A stretch of DNA of 64,000 bases from Alphaproteobacteria bacterium (GCA_965225945.1 CBDDBZ010000031.1:32001-96000), one strand, 5' to 3'; shown: positions 35,307 through 46,068, counted from the stretch's first letter. Program-made: numbers and translations. Notes: generated from the letters alone by a model not told the origin.

Positions 35307-36917
35307 TCAGGCGCCGCCGATGCGGTCGCGGCGGATGCGGATGCCGGCGGCCTCGCGGTCCCAGGTGTCCGCCGTCACGCCTTCGTCGCGCAAGAGATGC
35401 TTCTGGACCTTGTTGGTTAGCGTCTTGGGCAAATCCTCGACCACGCGGAGGTAGCGCGGGATCATGAAGTGCGCCATGCGGGGCCGCAGAAATTCCAGCA
35501 ATTCGACCGGGTCCAGGGTGGCGCCCTGGACCAGCGAGACCACCGCCATCACCTCGTCCTCGCCAATTTCGCTCGGCACCGGGATCACGTCGGCCTCGCG
35601 CACCGCGGCATGCGCCGCCAGCTCGATCTCGACCTCGAGGCTGGAGATGTTCTCGCCTCGGCGGCGGATCGAGTCCTTGATCCGGTCGACGAAGAAGAAG
35701 TTGCCGGCTTCGTCCCGCGTGCCCGCGTCACCGGTATGGAACCAGCCGTTGCGCCACGCGCTCGCCGTCGCCTCCGGGCTCTTGTAATAGCCGTGGTTCA
35801 TCGCCCAGGGGGCCTCCGTGCGGAGGCAAAATTCGCCCACGGCGCCCGCCCGGACCTCGCAATCGTTTTGGTCCAGCAGCCGCACCTCGACGCCGGGCCT
35901 CGCCCGCCCGCAGCTGCCCGCAATCGTCGGATTGGGCTCGGAGGCGATCGGCGTCGAGATCTCGGTCATGTTGTAGAGGGTCAGGACGTCGATGCCGAAG
36001 CGCTGGGCGAAGGCGTGGATGTCGTTCACCAGCGGCACCATGTGGACCAGCCGGAGCGGATGGTCGCGGTCGTCGTCGCCCGGCGCGCGGGCCTCGAGGA
36101 AGTTCGCCATCACGCCGAGCAGGAAGACCATGGTCGTCCCGGTCTCGCGGACGGTCGGCCAGAAGCGTTCGGTGTCGAACGCCACCACCATCGAAATCGA
36201 GGCGTGGTGCACCAGCATGGCGTAGATCAGCGCGGTGCCGCCGATGTGGAAGATCGGCAGGTTGATCATGTAGCGGTCGTCGGGGCGGATGTAGTCCCAG
36301 GTGCCGGGCCCGAACATCGAATAGTGATGGAAGTAGGAGCTGAGCACACCCTTCGACGGCCCGGTGGTGCCGGAAGTGTAGAGGATGCCCTGGAGGTCCC
36401 AGGGCTCGATCTCGCGGGCCAGCGGCGCCAGCTCCAGGCCCGCGCCGTCGAGCGCGTCGGCCCCCAGCAGCTCCAGGCCGGCCACCGTTTCCGCCTCGCC
36501 CGCCAGGACGACGCAGCGCTTCAGCGCGGCCAGCTCGACCGCGGCCAGGCGGTCCACCAAGTCGGCGTGGGCCAGCATCAGCTCGGCGTCGGAATTCTCG
36601 ATCACATGGGCCAGCAATTGGCCTCGGTAGCCGGTGTTGATCGGCACCATGACGGCGCCCATGTAGTTGAGCGCGAAGAAGCAGACCAGCGCCTCCGGCC
36701 CGTTCGGCAGCCAGATCAGCACATGATCGCCTTGTCGAACCGCGAGCCGTTGCAGCGCCGCCGCCCGGACCCGGACGCGGGCCCGGATCTCGGCGTAGCT
36801 CCAGCTCTCGCCGCCGTCGAAGACGACGAAGATCTTGTCCGGCGTCTCCGCCGCCGTCCGGTCCAGCAGATAGCGCAGCACGCAGCGCTCGCGCGGCGCC
36901 AGTCGCGGATCGCTCAC
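35307..36917 (-). CDS. AMP-binding acyl-CoA ligase (CaiC-like)
   Basis: YTSGTTGPSKG, YNMTE, GWFHTGD, DRIKDSIRRRGENISS. Confidence 0.93.
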   Translation of the reverse strand: MSDPRLAPRERCVLRYLLDRTAAETPDKIFVVFDGGESWSYAEIRARVRVRAAALQRLAVRQGDHVLIWLPNGPEALVCFFALNYMGAVMVPINTGYRGQLLAHVIENSDAELMLAHADLVDRLAAVELAALKRCVVLAGEAETVAGLELLGADALDGAGLELAPLAREIEPWDLQGILYTSGTTGPSKGVLSSYFHHYSMFGPGTWDYIRPDDRYMINLPIFHIGGTALIYAMLVHHASISMVVAFDTERFWPTVRETGTTMVFLLGVMANFLEARAPGDDDRDHPLRLVHMVPLVNDIHAFAQRFGIDVLTLYNMTEISTPIASEPNPTIAGSCGRARPGVEVRLLDQNDCEVRAGAVGEFCLRTEAPWAMNHGYYKSPEATASAWRNGWFHTGDAGTRDEAGNFFFVDRIKDSIRRRGENISSLEVEIELAAHAAVREADVIPVPSEIGEDEVMAVVSLVQGATLDPVELLEFLRPRMAHFMIPRYLRVVEDLPKTLTNKVQKHLLRDEGVTADTWDREAAGIRIRRDRIGGA

Positions 36918-37090
36918 CCCTTCATCCTCCCGTTCCGCTGGCCCATTCCCCCGGACGCGGCGCGGCGATTATCGCGGCCGGCGGGCCCCTGTCAAAGCCG
37001 GAGCGCTCGCGCGCGAGACCATGGCGGTTTGTCCGCGACCCCTCGGGGGGCCTATGATCCGGCCCGCATCGAATCAGCAAGGGGGGCACC

Positions 37091-37891
37091 ATGGAGCCGG
37101 GCAAGAGACTGATCGACAAGGTCGCGATCGTCACCGGCGGGGCCTCCGGCATCGGCGCGGAGACGGCGCGCCAGTTCGCCCGCCACGGCGCCGCCGTGGT
37201 GCTGGCCGACGTCGACACCACGCTGGGCGAGCAGGTGGCCGAGGAGATCCTGGCGGCCGGCGGCGGCGCCGACTTCCGGAGCCTCGAGGTGACGGACGAG
37301 GCAGGGTGGGCGGGGCTGGTGGAGGAGACGGAGGCGCTCCACGGCAAGCTCGACATCCTCGCCAACATCGCCGGCATCTCCGGTCGCGATCCGAGCCAGA
37401 ACGTCCAGACCACCCAGACCGCCGGGCCGCTGCTGGAGGCGCAGTCGCTCGAACAGTGGAACAAGGTGATGGCGATCAACGCGACCGGGGTTTATCTCGG
37501 CACGCGCGCAGGCATCCCGGCGATGCGCCGCGCCGGCGGCGGCTCGATCATCAACATCTCCTCGATCTGCGGCATCGTCGGCTCCTTCGCCAACGCCGCC
37601 TATCACGCGAGCAAGGGCGCGGTCCGGATCTTCTCCAAGGCGGCGGCGATCCAATACGCGGCGGAGAACATCCGGGTGAATTCGGTGCACCCGGGCTTCG
37701 TCGACACGCCGATGACGGCGCCCGGCCATGCCAACCCGGAGGTGGCAGCCAAGCGGATGGAGGCCACGCCGATGGGCCGCTTCGGCACGCCGCACGACAT
37801 CGCCATGGGCTGCCTGTACCTGGCCTCGGACGAGTCCGCCTGGATGACCGGCGCCGAGCTGGTGATCGACGGCGGCATGACGGCCAATTGA
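37091..37891 (+). CDS. Short-chain dehydrogenase/reductase
   Basis: TGGASGIG, NISS, YHASK, IRVNSVHPG, VIDGG. Confidence 0.95.
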   Translation: MEPGKRLIDKVAIVTGGASGIGAETARQFARHGAAVVLADVDTTLGEQVAEEILAAGGGADFRSLEVTDEAGWAGLVEETEALHGKLDILANIAGISGRDPSQNVQTTQTAGPLLEAQSLEQWNKVMAINATGVYLGTRAGIPAMRRAGGGSIINISSICGIVGSFANAAYHASKGAVRIFSKAAAIQYAAENIRVNSVHPGFVDTPMTAPGHANPEVAAKRMEATPMGRFGTPHDIAMGCLYLASDESAWMTGAELVIDGGMTAN

Positions 37892-37918
37892 CGACGAATG
37901 AGGCGACAAAGACGGCAC

Positions 37919-38380
37919 ATGAGCCCGGATGCCCGGCCCGACGATCGCTTCGATGACCGCAACATCTCCTGGGCCCCGTTCCGGGGCATCGTTGGCCTCC
38001 ATTACCACCTGTTGGAGGTGGACGAGGGGCGCCAGCAGGTCGAAATGCTGATCAAGTTCGCCGCGCACGCACGCTCGATCGCGCACCGCCACGCGGGCCC
38101 GAGCCGCACCCTGGTGCTCGAGGGCGAGCAGCGGATCTACGAACCGGGCGCCGGCGAGACGCCGCGCGAGACGCGCGCCGCCGGCGCCTTCGCCGTATTC
38201 AACGGCGACGAGACCCACGCCGAGGGCGCGGGGCCAGGGCGCACGATCATCCTGCTCTCGATGCAGGCGATCGACGGCCGCGTATGGGATCTGCTGGACG
38301 ACGATCTGAACGTCACCCGCCATGTCACCCTTGCCGACTTTCGCCGGGGGATGGAGAAGCAGCGCGCCCGTGCGGCCTGA
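37919..38380 (+). CDS. Cupin-like (ChrR-type) protein
   Basis: HRHAG...VLEGEQ...H.EG cupin motifs; start 37898 or 37919. Confidence 0.75.
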   Translation: MSPDARPDDRFDDRNISWAPFRGIVGLHYHLLEVDEGRQQVEMLIKFAAHARSIAHRHAGPSRTLVLEGEQRIYEPGAGETPRETRAAGAFAVFNGDETHAEGAGPGRTIILLSMQAIDGRVWDLLDDDLNVTRHVTLADFRRGMEKQRARAA

Positions 38381-38463
38381 GGCCAGCCAGCCTGCTTGAC
38401 GCGGGGCAGGTTTGAATCCATTTTAAAGCCGATTCAACGAAATTTCGTCGAATAGGCCTTGAA

Positions 38464-39645
38464 ATGCTGAGAAAATTCACCGTCGAGAACTTCCACTCCA
38501 TTCGCGAGCCGCAGACGCTCGACCTGACGATCGGCCGCAAGGCGCGTGACCCGGACGGCCGCTTCGTCGAGTCGATCCCCGACTCCGGCATCCGCCTGCC
38601 CAAGGTCGCGCTCGTCTTCGGTGCGAATGCGTCGGGCAAGACGAACCTGCTGCAGGCGCTCGATTTCGTCTTGAGGTTCATTGCCGAAAGTGCGTCGTGG
38701 TCGACGGACCAGCCCTTTCCGTTCGTCCAGTTTGCAACGAGCCAGGCGTTGGGATCGGCCACGCGGTTTAGGCTCGAATTCGACGCCGTTGATCTCGTCG
38801 GCACCGGAACGGCGATTTACGAATACGAGGTGGAACTCACGCAGCAGCCCCGTCGTGTTTGTTGGGAGCGGCTCAGATTCAGACCGGAGAGGCGGGCACG
38901 GAAGCTCTTCGAGCGAGTCGGTGGTAAAATTCAGACGAGCAAGGAGTTCGATGTTCCGAAGCGGGATCCGGTCCGATTGCGGCTTCTCGAGCACGCGAGT
39001 GTCATTTCGATCTTGGCGCAGTTCGCGCATCCTCTCTCGAAAGCGATCGCGGCCCATGTTCGGAACGCCGGAGGTAATTTAGTTTTCAGGGGCCGTTTCA
39101 AACTGACGCCCAACGACGCATCGATCTACTATGCCAAGAACTCCAAGGCCCTCACCGGTATCGGCGAGTTCGCGCTACGATCCGACTTAGGAATCAACGA
39201 AGTCCGACTCGTGCAGAATGGGCAAGCGTTGGAACCCATCTTCGTCCACAACGGTCTCGACGAGCCGCTGGGGTACGAGCTCGAGTCACGAGGTACCCAG
39301 GCGATCTATCGCCTCTATCCGATTTTACATGAAGCCTTGAGCACTGGCTCGTTGATGCTTTACGACGAGCTGGACAATGATATTCATCCGAACCTGTTGC
39401 CGGAGATTCTGCGATTGTTCCACGACGCGGAGACGAATCCCGGCAACGCCCAATTGATCGCGAGTTGCCATGACGCCTCGGCACTGGAGTACCTGATGAA
39501 GGAGCAAGTGTACTTTACCGAGAAGGACTCCAAAGGTCGGACCGAGATATTCGGACTCAATGAATTCCTGGGCGTCCGCCGCGACGATAATTTTTACGCA
39601 AAGTACACTGACGGCGCCTACGGCGGCGTCCCCATCCTGGGCTGA
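38464..39645 (+). CDS. AAA_21-type ABC ATPase (RloA/AbiLi-like)
   Basis: ENFHSI, Walker A GANASGKTN, ESRGT signature, Walker B YDELDNDIHP, QLIASCHD, Y..GAYGGVP end. Confidence 0.9.
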   Translation: MLRKFTVENFHSIREPQTLDLTIGRKARDPDGRFVESIPDSGIRLPKVALVFGANASGKTNLLQALDFVLRFIAESASWSTDQPFPFVQFATSQALGSATRFRLEFDAVDLVGTGTAIYEYEVELTQQPRRVCWERLRFRPERRARKLFERVGGKIQTSKEFDVPKRDPVRLRLLEHASVISILAQFAHPLSKAIAAHVRNAGGNLVFRGRFKLTPNDASIYYAKNSKALTGIGEFALRSDLGINEVRLVQNGQALEPIFVHNGLDEPLGYELESRGTQAIYRLYPILHEALSTGSLMLYDELDNDIHPNLLPEILRLFHDAETNPGNAQLIASCHDASALEYLMKEQVYFTEKDSKGRTEIFGLNEFLGVRRDDNFYAKYTDGAYGGVPILG

Positions 39646-39652
39646 GGCTTTC

Positions 39653-40216
39653 ATGGCCGGGCCCCGCCACGCGAAGCCCGAGCGCCGAGTCGTACTCCTT
39701 GGATGTGAAGGGCGAAGCGAGGAAGGCTACGGCCTTTGGATGAACCAAGTCGCTCGTCGGCGCGACATGGCGATTACTATTCGGCCGGTGTTTCTCGGCG
39801 GCGGCGATCCCCTGGCCATCGTCGAGGCCTTCGAGCACGAGATTGCCGCTCGCCGTCGTCGGGGCCGTCGCTACGCTCATCACGTACTGTTCGTCGACGG
39901 TGACCGACTTGGCGAAGCGCCCGCGCGTGACGATGCGATCCCCGCCATCGTCCGGAGGGCCAAGATGGTACTCATCTGGCAGTCTCCCGGCCACGAAGCG
40001 TTCCTGCTCCGCCATTTTGAATGCCACCAGCATGACCGCCCGACCATGACTGTGGTGGCGGAGCGCCGCCTGGAGCGTCTGTGGCCCGCCTATCGAAAGG
40101 GCATGAATGCCGCCGGCTATGGCGCCGTCCTAACCGCAGAGCACTTCGACCGCGTCCGTCTCGTCGAGCCCGAGTTCGACGCCTTCCTCGACCGCATCGG
40201 CTGGCCGCGCGAATAG
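39653..40216 (+). CDS. RloB-like (TOPRIM-related) protein
   Basis: LGCEG.SE..Y, DGD, SPGHEAFLLRHFE; 7 bp downstream of the ATPase. Confidence 0.82.
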   Translation: MAGPRHAKPERRVVLLGCEGRSEEGYGLWMNQVARRRDMAITIRPVFLGGGDPLAIVEAFEHEIAARRRRGRRYAHHVLFVDGDRLGEAPARDDAIPAIVRRAKMVLIWQSPGHEAFLLRHFECHQHDRPTMTVVAERRLERLWPAYRKGMNAAGYGAVLTAEHFDRVRLVEPEFDAFLDRIGWPRE

Positions 40217-40297
40217 CGCCCGCCCTCTCCGCTTGCTTGCGGGCGCGGAAAGGCCATATTGGGCCCGACACGGGCGCAAATCCGGAGTATCCGAGCC

Positions 40298-41320
40298 ATG
40301 GCCTACAAGCTCGCCGTCGTCGGCGCCACGGGCGTCGTCGGGCAGGAGATGTTGTCGATCCTGGCCGAGCGGAGCTTCCCCGTCGCGGAACTGGTGGCGC
40401 TCGCCAGGCGCCGCTCGCTCGGCCGCGAGGTCTCCTTCGGCGATCGCACGGTGAAATGCCGGGACCTGGCGCAATTCGATTTCACCGGCACCGATATCGC
40501 CCTCTTCGCCGCCGGTGGCGAGGCGGCCGCGGAGTTCGCGCCCCTGGCCGCGGCCCAGGGCGCGGTGGTGATCGACAATTCGTCGTACTTCCGGATGGAT
40601 CCCGACGTACCGCTGATCGTGCCGGAGGTAAATTCGGACGCCATCGCCGGCTATGGGGCGCGCAACATCGTCGCCAACCCCAACTGCTCCACCGCGCAGC
40701 TCGTCGTCGCCTTGGCGCCGCTGCACCAGCACGCGCGGATCACCAGAGTCGTCGTCGCCACCTACCAGTCGGTCTCCGGCGCCGGGCGCGAGGCGATGGA
40801 CGAACTCTTCACCCAGACCAAGGGGATCTACGTCAACGACACGGCCACGCCCGCCAGCTTCACCAAGCAGATCGCCTTCAACGTCATCCCCCACATCGAC
40901 GACTTCATGGACGACGGCCAGACCCGGGAAGAGTGGAAGCTGGTGGCGGAGACCAAGAAGATCCTCGACCCGGCGATAAAGCTGCATGCGACCTGCGTCC
41001 GGGTGCCGGTCTTCGTCGGCCATTCGGAAGCGGTGACGATCGAGTTCGAGCAGCCGATCGACGACGACGAGGCCCGCGAGATCCTGCGCGAGGCGCCGGG
41101 CTGCATGGTCGTGGACCAGCGCCAGGACGGCGGCTACGTGACGCCGATCGACTGCGTCGGCGATTTCGCCACCTATATCAGCCGGCTCCGCGTCGATCCC
41201 ACGGTCGAGAACGGGCTCTCGATGTGGGTGGTCTCCGACAATTTGCGCAAGGGCGCGGCCTTGAACGCGGTGCAGATCGCCGAGCTGCTGGCCGCCCGCC
41301 ACCTGAAGAAGGCGGCGTGA
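40298..41320 (+). CDS. asd: Aspartate-semialdehyde dehydrogenase
   Basis: VVGATGVVG, IDNSS, ANPNCST, YQSVSGAG, CVRVPV..GHSE, DNLRKGAALN. Confidence 0.98.
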   Translation: MAYKLAVVGATGVVGQEMLSILAERSFPVAELVALARRRSLGREVSFGDRTVKCRDLAQFDFTGTDIALFAAGGEAAAEFAPLAAAQGAVVIDNSSYFRMDPDVPLIVPEVNSDAIAGYGARNIVANPNCSTAQLVVALAPLHQHARITRVVVATYQSVSGAGREAMDELFTQTKGIYVNDTATPASFTKQIAFNVIPHIDDFMDDGQTREEWKLVAETKKILDPAIKLHATCVRVPVFVGHSEAVTIEFEQPIDDDEAREILREAPGCMVVDQRQDGGYVTPIDCVGDFATYISRLRVDPTVENGLSMWVVSDNLRKGAALNAVQIAELLAARHLKKAA

Positions 41321-41332
41321 GCGCAGGCCGGG

Positions 41333-41472
41333 CTAGAGCAGCATCCGTCAGAAGGAAATCGCTTTCAGCGATCCAACTGGCGGATAAAGCTGCTCTATCA
41401 CCATGAAGAATAGAGCAATTTTATCCGAACGGATTGAACCGCACCGGTTCAATCCGTTCGGATATTGCTCTG
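41333..41472. repeat. Double-hairpin palindromic element (TAGAGCA...TGCTCT, RIME/RPE-like)
   Basis: Two consecutive stem-loops each opening TAGAGCA and closing TGCTCT; second contains ATCCGAACGGATTGAACCG / CGGTTCAATCCGTTCGGAT. Confidence 0.85.
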
Positions 41473-42179
41473 GCCGAGCGGCGCGCGCGCTCCCCCTGCT
41501 GGCGCTGCTCGCGGGGCTGATCCCGGCCTCCGCCGACGCCGACACGGCGCGCGGCCTCCAGGCCTTCGAGGCCGGCAACTACGTAATCGCGCGGGAGGAG
41601 TTCGAGAAATCGGCGGCCGAGGGCGACGGCGCGGCGGAATATTCCCTCGGCGTCATGCAGGCCCGAGGCCTCGCCGGCTTCGAGAAGGACATGGTCAGCG
41701 CGGCGGCGTGGTTCACCTTGGCCGACGAACATGGTTTCGCGCAGGCGAGCCATGCGCTCGGCCGGATCCACCATGGCGGCGGCCTGGGAACGCGCGACGT
41801 GCCCGAGGCGATTCGGTGGTTCGAGCGCGCCTCGATCGGCGGCCATATCGAAGCGGATTTGGCGCTCGCCTCGATCTTCTATCGCGGCGACGGCGTGGCG
41901 CAGGATTTCGCGCGCAGCGCCAAGCACATCCGGCGCGCCGCCGAGGCCGGCGTCTCCACCGCGCAGCTCCACTTGGGCTACATCCTCACCCAAGGCCACG
42001 GCGTCGAGCGCTCGGCGGCGGAGGCCTATTTCTGGCTCTCCGTGGCGATGCAGAACGGCCTGAGCGAGGCCGCCGGGATGATGGCCGAGATCGACAAGGC
42101 GGAGCTCTCGACGGCGCGCCGCCTGGAGATCGAGACCAAGGCCAACGACTTCGAGCCCAAGCTGCCGGAAACCAAATAG
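41403..42179 (+). CDS. Sel1-like repeat protein, exported
   Basis: Repeated A.Y.LG.....G.G...D...A..WF units; hydrophobic signal segment ending ASA. Confidence 0.88.
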   Translation: MKNRAILSERIEPHRFNPFGYCSGRAARALPLLALLAGLIPASADADTARGLQAFEAGNYVIAREEFEKSAAEGDGAAEYSLGVMQARGLAGFEKDMVSAAAWFTLADEHGFAQASHALGRIHHGGGLGTRDVPEAIRWFERASIGGHIEADLALASIFYRGDGVAQDFARSAKHIRRAAEAGVSTAQLHLGYILTQGHGVERSAAEAYFWLSVAMQNGLSEAAGMMAEIDKAELSTARRLEIETKANDFEPKLPETK

Positions 42180-42398
42180 GCTCCGGTGCGAGCCGGAACA
42201 TCGCCGCCGGCGCATGGCGGCGAAGTGCCGCGATCCAGGCGGCGTCGGGCCCGTGCACGATCGCCGACGCGCGAAACGCGACCCCGGATCGATGCGCCGC
42301 CTCGCGGGGGCTCCCACCACGGTCGTCGCAATACGCCGAATTGCGGTTCCCCGGGAGAAGCCGCCAATCCAGAATCTGGGTCTAATATTAGAAATAAT

Positions 42399-42662
42399 TG
42401 AACAGCCCAGGTAGCTGATTTCGATGAGGCTGCGGATTGGGTCTCTGGGGGCAGATTTTGTGGCTTTGGGGCGCTGACGGCCTAGATTTCGTTTGACAGA
42501 GGGTGGTTGGTCGATTCTAAGGATTCGATGGATAGGGATGTTCTTGCCTTTTTGTCGAAAGACGAGCTGATCGATGTGGTGCTGGCCCAAGGGTCGCGGC
42601 TCGCCGAGTTCGAACTCCGGCTTGGTGAACTCGAGCGCCGGCTTGGCCTGAACAGCACGAAC
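42399..42662 (+). mobile_element. IS66 family left-end remnant truncated by IS21
   Basis: Degenerate TIR TGAACAGCCCAGGTAG and LSKDELID...LERRLGLNSTN, paralogous to the 5' end of the IS66 at 32587-34169. Confidence 0.85.
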
Positions 42663-42865
42663 TGTCAATCGGCGTTGAACATTGACCCCCTATCGGCGTG
42701 CAATGTTGACCCCTTTGGGGATGCACGGCGGAGGTCGTACAGGTAGTCCATAGGAGGGGCCCGCGCGCGGGCCGACGCGCCCACCACGCGGCTGGCGGCG
42801 GACCGCGCGTGGGAGGTTCCTGTGGGCCCACCTGGGCGACCGGGCGGCAGGTGGATCGGTTGCCT

Positions 42866-43594
42866 TTAGGACCGATTCTTGAAGCGCCAGGAGTCGTTTC
42901 CGGTCTCGATGATCTCGCAGTGGTGCGTCAGACGATCGAGGAGCGCGGTGGTCATCTTGGCGTCGCCGAAGACGGACGGCCATTCGCCGAAGGTCAGGTT
43001 GGTGGTGACGATGATCGAGGTGCGCTCGTAGAGCCGGCTGACGAGGTGGAACAGCAGCTGGCCTCCGGTTTGGGCGAAGGGCAGGTAGCCGAGCTCGTCG
43101 AGGATGACGAGGTCGCGCCGGGCCAGCTGATCGGCGAGCCGGCCCTGGCGGCCGGCGCGGGCTTCGGCCTCGAGCCGGTTGACCAGGTCGACGACGTTGA
43201 AGAAGCGGCCCCGGGCGCCATCGCGGATGCAGGCCCGCGCGATGGCGACGGCGAGATGGCTCTTGCCGGTGCCGGTGCCGCCGATCAGCACGGCGTTGCG
43301 CTGGTTGGCCAGGAAGCCGCCGACCGCCAACTCGCGGACCAGCGGCTCGTTGACCGGGGTGTCGGTGAAGTCGAAGTCGGCCAGCTCCTTGGCCAGCGGC
43401 AGCTTGGCGCCACTCATCTGGTACTTGATGGATCGCGCCTGCTTGTCGGCGATCTCGGCCTTCAACAGCTCGCCGATGATTCGCTGCATCGGATGCTGGC
43501 GCTTGAGGCCGTCGGCGAGCACCTCGTCGAACGCGTCGCGCATGCCGGCGAGCTTGAGTGCGGCCATCATCTCCAGGACCTCATGGCGCTCCAT
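42866..43594 (-). CDS. istB: IS21 helper ATPase IstB
   Basis: [36 protein letters not shown]. Confidence 0.96.
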   Translation of the reverse strand: MERHEVLEMMAALKLAGMRDAFDEVLADGLKRQHPMQRIIGELLKAEIADKQARSIKYQMSGAKLPLAKELADFDFTDTPVNEPLVRELAVGGFLANQRNAVLIGGTGTGKSHLAVAIARACIRDGARGRFFNVVDLVNRLEAEARAGRQGRLADQLARRDLVILDELGYLPFAQTGGQLLFHLVSRLYERTSIIVTTNLTFGEWPSVFGDAKMTTALLDRLTHHCEIIETGNDSWRFKNRS

Positions 43595-45092
43595 GGCCGA
43601 CCCCCCTCAAGCGGTCGTAGCGGGTGCAATCGGCCACCGGCTCAAAGCGAAGACGCAGGTTCGCGGGCGTCGGGATCGGCGCCGTCTCGGACGGCTGGCG
43701 CCGACGATTGAGGATGTTGAGCACGACGTCGGCGCTGCACACGCCGCCAGCGAGCGCCTCGGCACAGGCGGCCTCCACCGCCGCCAGCCCATCCGCCAGC
43801 ACGGCGGTGAGGATCTCGACCATCTGCCTGTCGCCGTCGTCGTGGCCGGCGAGCCGGACGCGCACGCGACCCAGGGCGCCGGGCAGCGCCCAGTCCTTGA
43901 ACGGCGCGCCGTTACGAAGCGCACCGGGCTTCCTCGCCAGCACGGGCACGTAGTGCCACGGGTCATAGACGGTCTGGTCGCGGCCGAAGCGCCGGGCATG
44001 CTCGGCGACGATCTCGCCGTCCTGGCGGATGACGATGCGATCGGCGTAGGCATGGACCTCGACCGGACGGCCGACGGCGCGCGCCGCCACGCTGTACTTG
44101 TTGCTGTCGAAGCGCACCAGGCAGGTCTTCGACACCGACGCCGGGACCGCGTGGAAGCCGTCGAACGGCCCGCGATAGCCGACCAGGGACGGACGCTCGT
44201 CCTCGAACACCTGCCAGACAGTCCTGTCCTTGAACACCGGGTGGGGATGACGCCGGGCGTAGGCGACGCACTGGTCCAAGAGCCAGGCGTTGAGCTCGTC
44301 GTAGGTCTTGAAGCGCAGCCGCGGGGTGAAGAACCGACCGCGGATGATCCCGACCTGGTTCTCGACCTGCCCCTTCTCCCATCCCGCTCCCGGCGTGCAT
44401 GCTGTCGGTTCGACCAGGTAGTGGCCACACATCTGCACGAAGCGCCGGTTGAACGCGCGCTCCTTGCCGATGAGGACGGTCTGCACCGCCGTCTTCATGT
44501 TGTCGTAGATGCCTCGCCGGCAGGCACCCTGGAACAGCCGGAATGCCCGGTCGTGGGCGTCGAACACCATCTCCTGGCTCTCGCGCGGATAAGCGCGGAC
44601 GAAGAACATTCGGCTGTGGCACAGCCGGACGTGCGCGACCTTGACCTTGGTCGTCACCCCCGCCAGCACCACGTACTCGTGGCTCCAGTCGAACTGATAG
44701 GCCTCGCCCGGCGAGAACACCAACGGCACATAGGTCTGCGCCGTCGATGCCGAACGGCGCCACCGCCACGCCTTGGCGTAGCGCCGCACCGCGTCGTAGC
44801 CGCCGCCATAGCCCAGACCCTCGAGGGCTTCGGAGATCCGTAGCAGCGTCAGCCGCTCCCGCTTCGACTTGGTCTCGTTGGCCTCCAGCATCCGCTCCAG
44901 CTCGGCCGTCCACGGCCCCAGCTTCGGCATCGGCTGGACCCGCCGGTCGTAGGTGAACGCCGTCGCCTGCGAACGGATCACCTTGCGCACCGTGTTGCCC
45001 GAGACCTTCACGTCCCGCACGATCTCCTTGATCGGCTTCCCCTTGACGAAATACTCCCGCCGGATCCGCGCTATCGTCTCCACGACCAACAT
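43581..45092 (-). CDS. istA: IS21 transposase IstA
   Basis: [34 protein letters not shown]. Confidence 0.96.
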   Translation of the reverse strand: MLVVETIARIRREYFVKGKPIKEIVRDVKVSGNTVRKVIRSQATAFTYDRRVQPMPKLGPWTAELERMLEANETKSKRERLTLLRISEALEGLGYGGGYDAVRRYAKAWRWRRSASTAQTYVPLVFSPGEAYQFDWSHEYVVLAGVTTKVKVAHVRLCHSRMFFVRAYPRESQEMVFDAHDRAFRLFQGACRRGIYDNMKTAVQTVLIGKERAFNRRFVQMCGHYLVEPTACTPGAGWEKGQVENQVGIIRGRFFTPRLRFKTYDELNAWLLDQCVAYARRHPHPVFKDRTVWQVFEDERPSLVGYRGPFDGFHAVPASVSKTCLVRFDSNKYSVAARAVGRPVEVHAYADRIVIRQDGEIVAEHARRFGRDQTVYDPWHYVPVLARKPGALRNGAPFKDWALPGALGRVRVRLAGHDDGDRQMVEILTAVLADGLAAVEAACAEALAGGVCSADVVLNILNRRRQPSETAPIPTPANLRLRFEPVADCTRYDRLRGVGHGAP

Positions 45093-45207
45093 CCCCCACC
45101 ACCTCGTCCGCCCAAAAACGAGGTGACTTGGACTAGCCAGGCTCAGGGGGTCAAATTTGGACGCCGATCACCCCTCAACAGGGGTCAACTTTGCACGCCG
45201 TTCCACA

Positions 45208-45888
45208 GCTCTCGACTCTGCCCGGCCCGCAGCCGCTCGGCGATGCCGTCGACGAAGAGGTAGGCGATCTCGAACTCGCTAAGGTCGCGCTTGGCGAAGC
45301 CGAGGTAGTCCGCCCAGAGCCGCTCCCCCATCTCCGAGACCGCCGTGCGCGACAGCAGCAAGCGCCCACTTTCTTCCCTGAAGGCATCTTCGATGTCGCG
45401 CACCGAGAGACCGCGCGCCAGCATCTCCACGGCTAAATCCTCCAGGCCCTCGGAATGACCCTTCAGCTGCGCTCGCAGATCCGAACGGAACGGTTCGTCC
45501 GTCCCGGCGACCTGCGGCGCCGCATACCTGATCCGCCCCTCGGCCGTCTTCAGATGACCTTCGCGCGAACCGTTCCGGTAACCTCGGCCAGGCTCGGAAC
45601 CGTGCTCGTAATAGTCCCGGCCCAGGGCGTCGCGCACCTCGGCCTCCAAGCCTTCCTCGATGATCAACCGCGTCGCCAACCGCACCAATTCACTCTTCGC
45701 GTCGACCACGCGGGCGCGCCCTTCGATCAGGTCGTTCTAGGCTTCACGCGTGCGCTCGCTTCCGGGTAGTCTCTTCGTCATGGAGGTGCCTCCTGTGCTG
45801 GGCTGGCGCGCAGCCATGCCCGGGTGGGAATCGACACCTCGAAGGATGCACCTCCTACCAAATTCCCAGCAAGTCTAGGACTTCACCC
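45208..45888 (-). mobile_element. IS256 family remnant (5' part; in-frame TAG; truncated by IS21)
   Basis: MTKRLPGSERTREA*NDLIEG...GYRNG...RGLSVRDIED...YLFVDGI, ATG at 45781, cut at the IS21 end. Confidence 0.85.
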
Positions 45889-45952
45889 CAGCGGCCATGG
45901 ATCGTCTGATTTCACTAGCTTCGGACAATCTTCCTCTTCGCGGGTGCGAAGG

Positions 45953-46068
45953 ATGTTCCCGCCTCGGTAGGCGCTCACAAACAGTCGTATGAGACCAGGC
46001 TCAAAATCTATTCAAAACAACGACTTGAGAAGTCTTTCGCCGACTGGCGTGTTCTAAGTTCGCGAGTG
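45953..46068 (+). repeat. Junction repeat R1 (116-bp core)
   Basis: ATGTTCCCGCCTCGGTAGGCGCTCACAAAC...CTATTCAAAACAACGACTTG...CGAGTG; most divergent copy. Confidence 0.8.

Larger units (their letters stand above)
42663..45207 (-). mobile_element. IS21 family element
   Basis: TGT...ACA ends with repeated TTGACCCC boxes at both termini; istA-istB inside; no TSD. Confidence 0.93.

Noticed and set aside
42375-42402. AT-rich patch as a dif site
   Set aside because: No convincing XerC/XerD arms (no TTATG..AA half-site).
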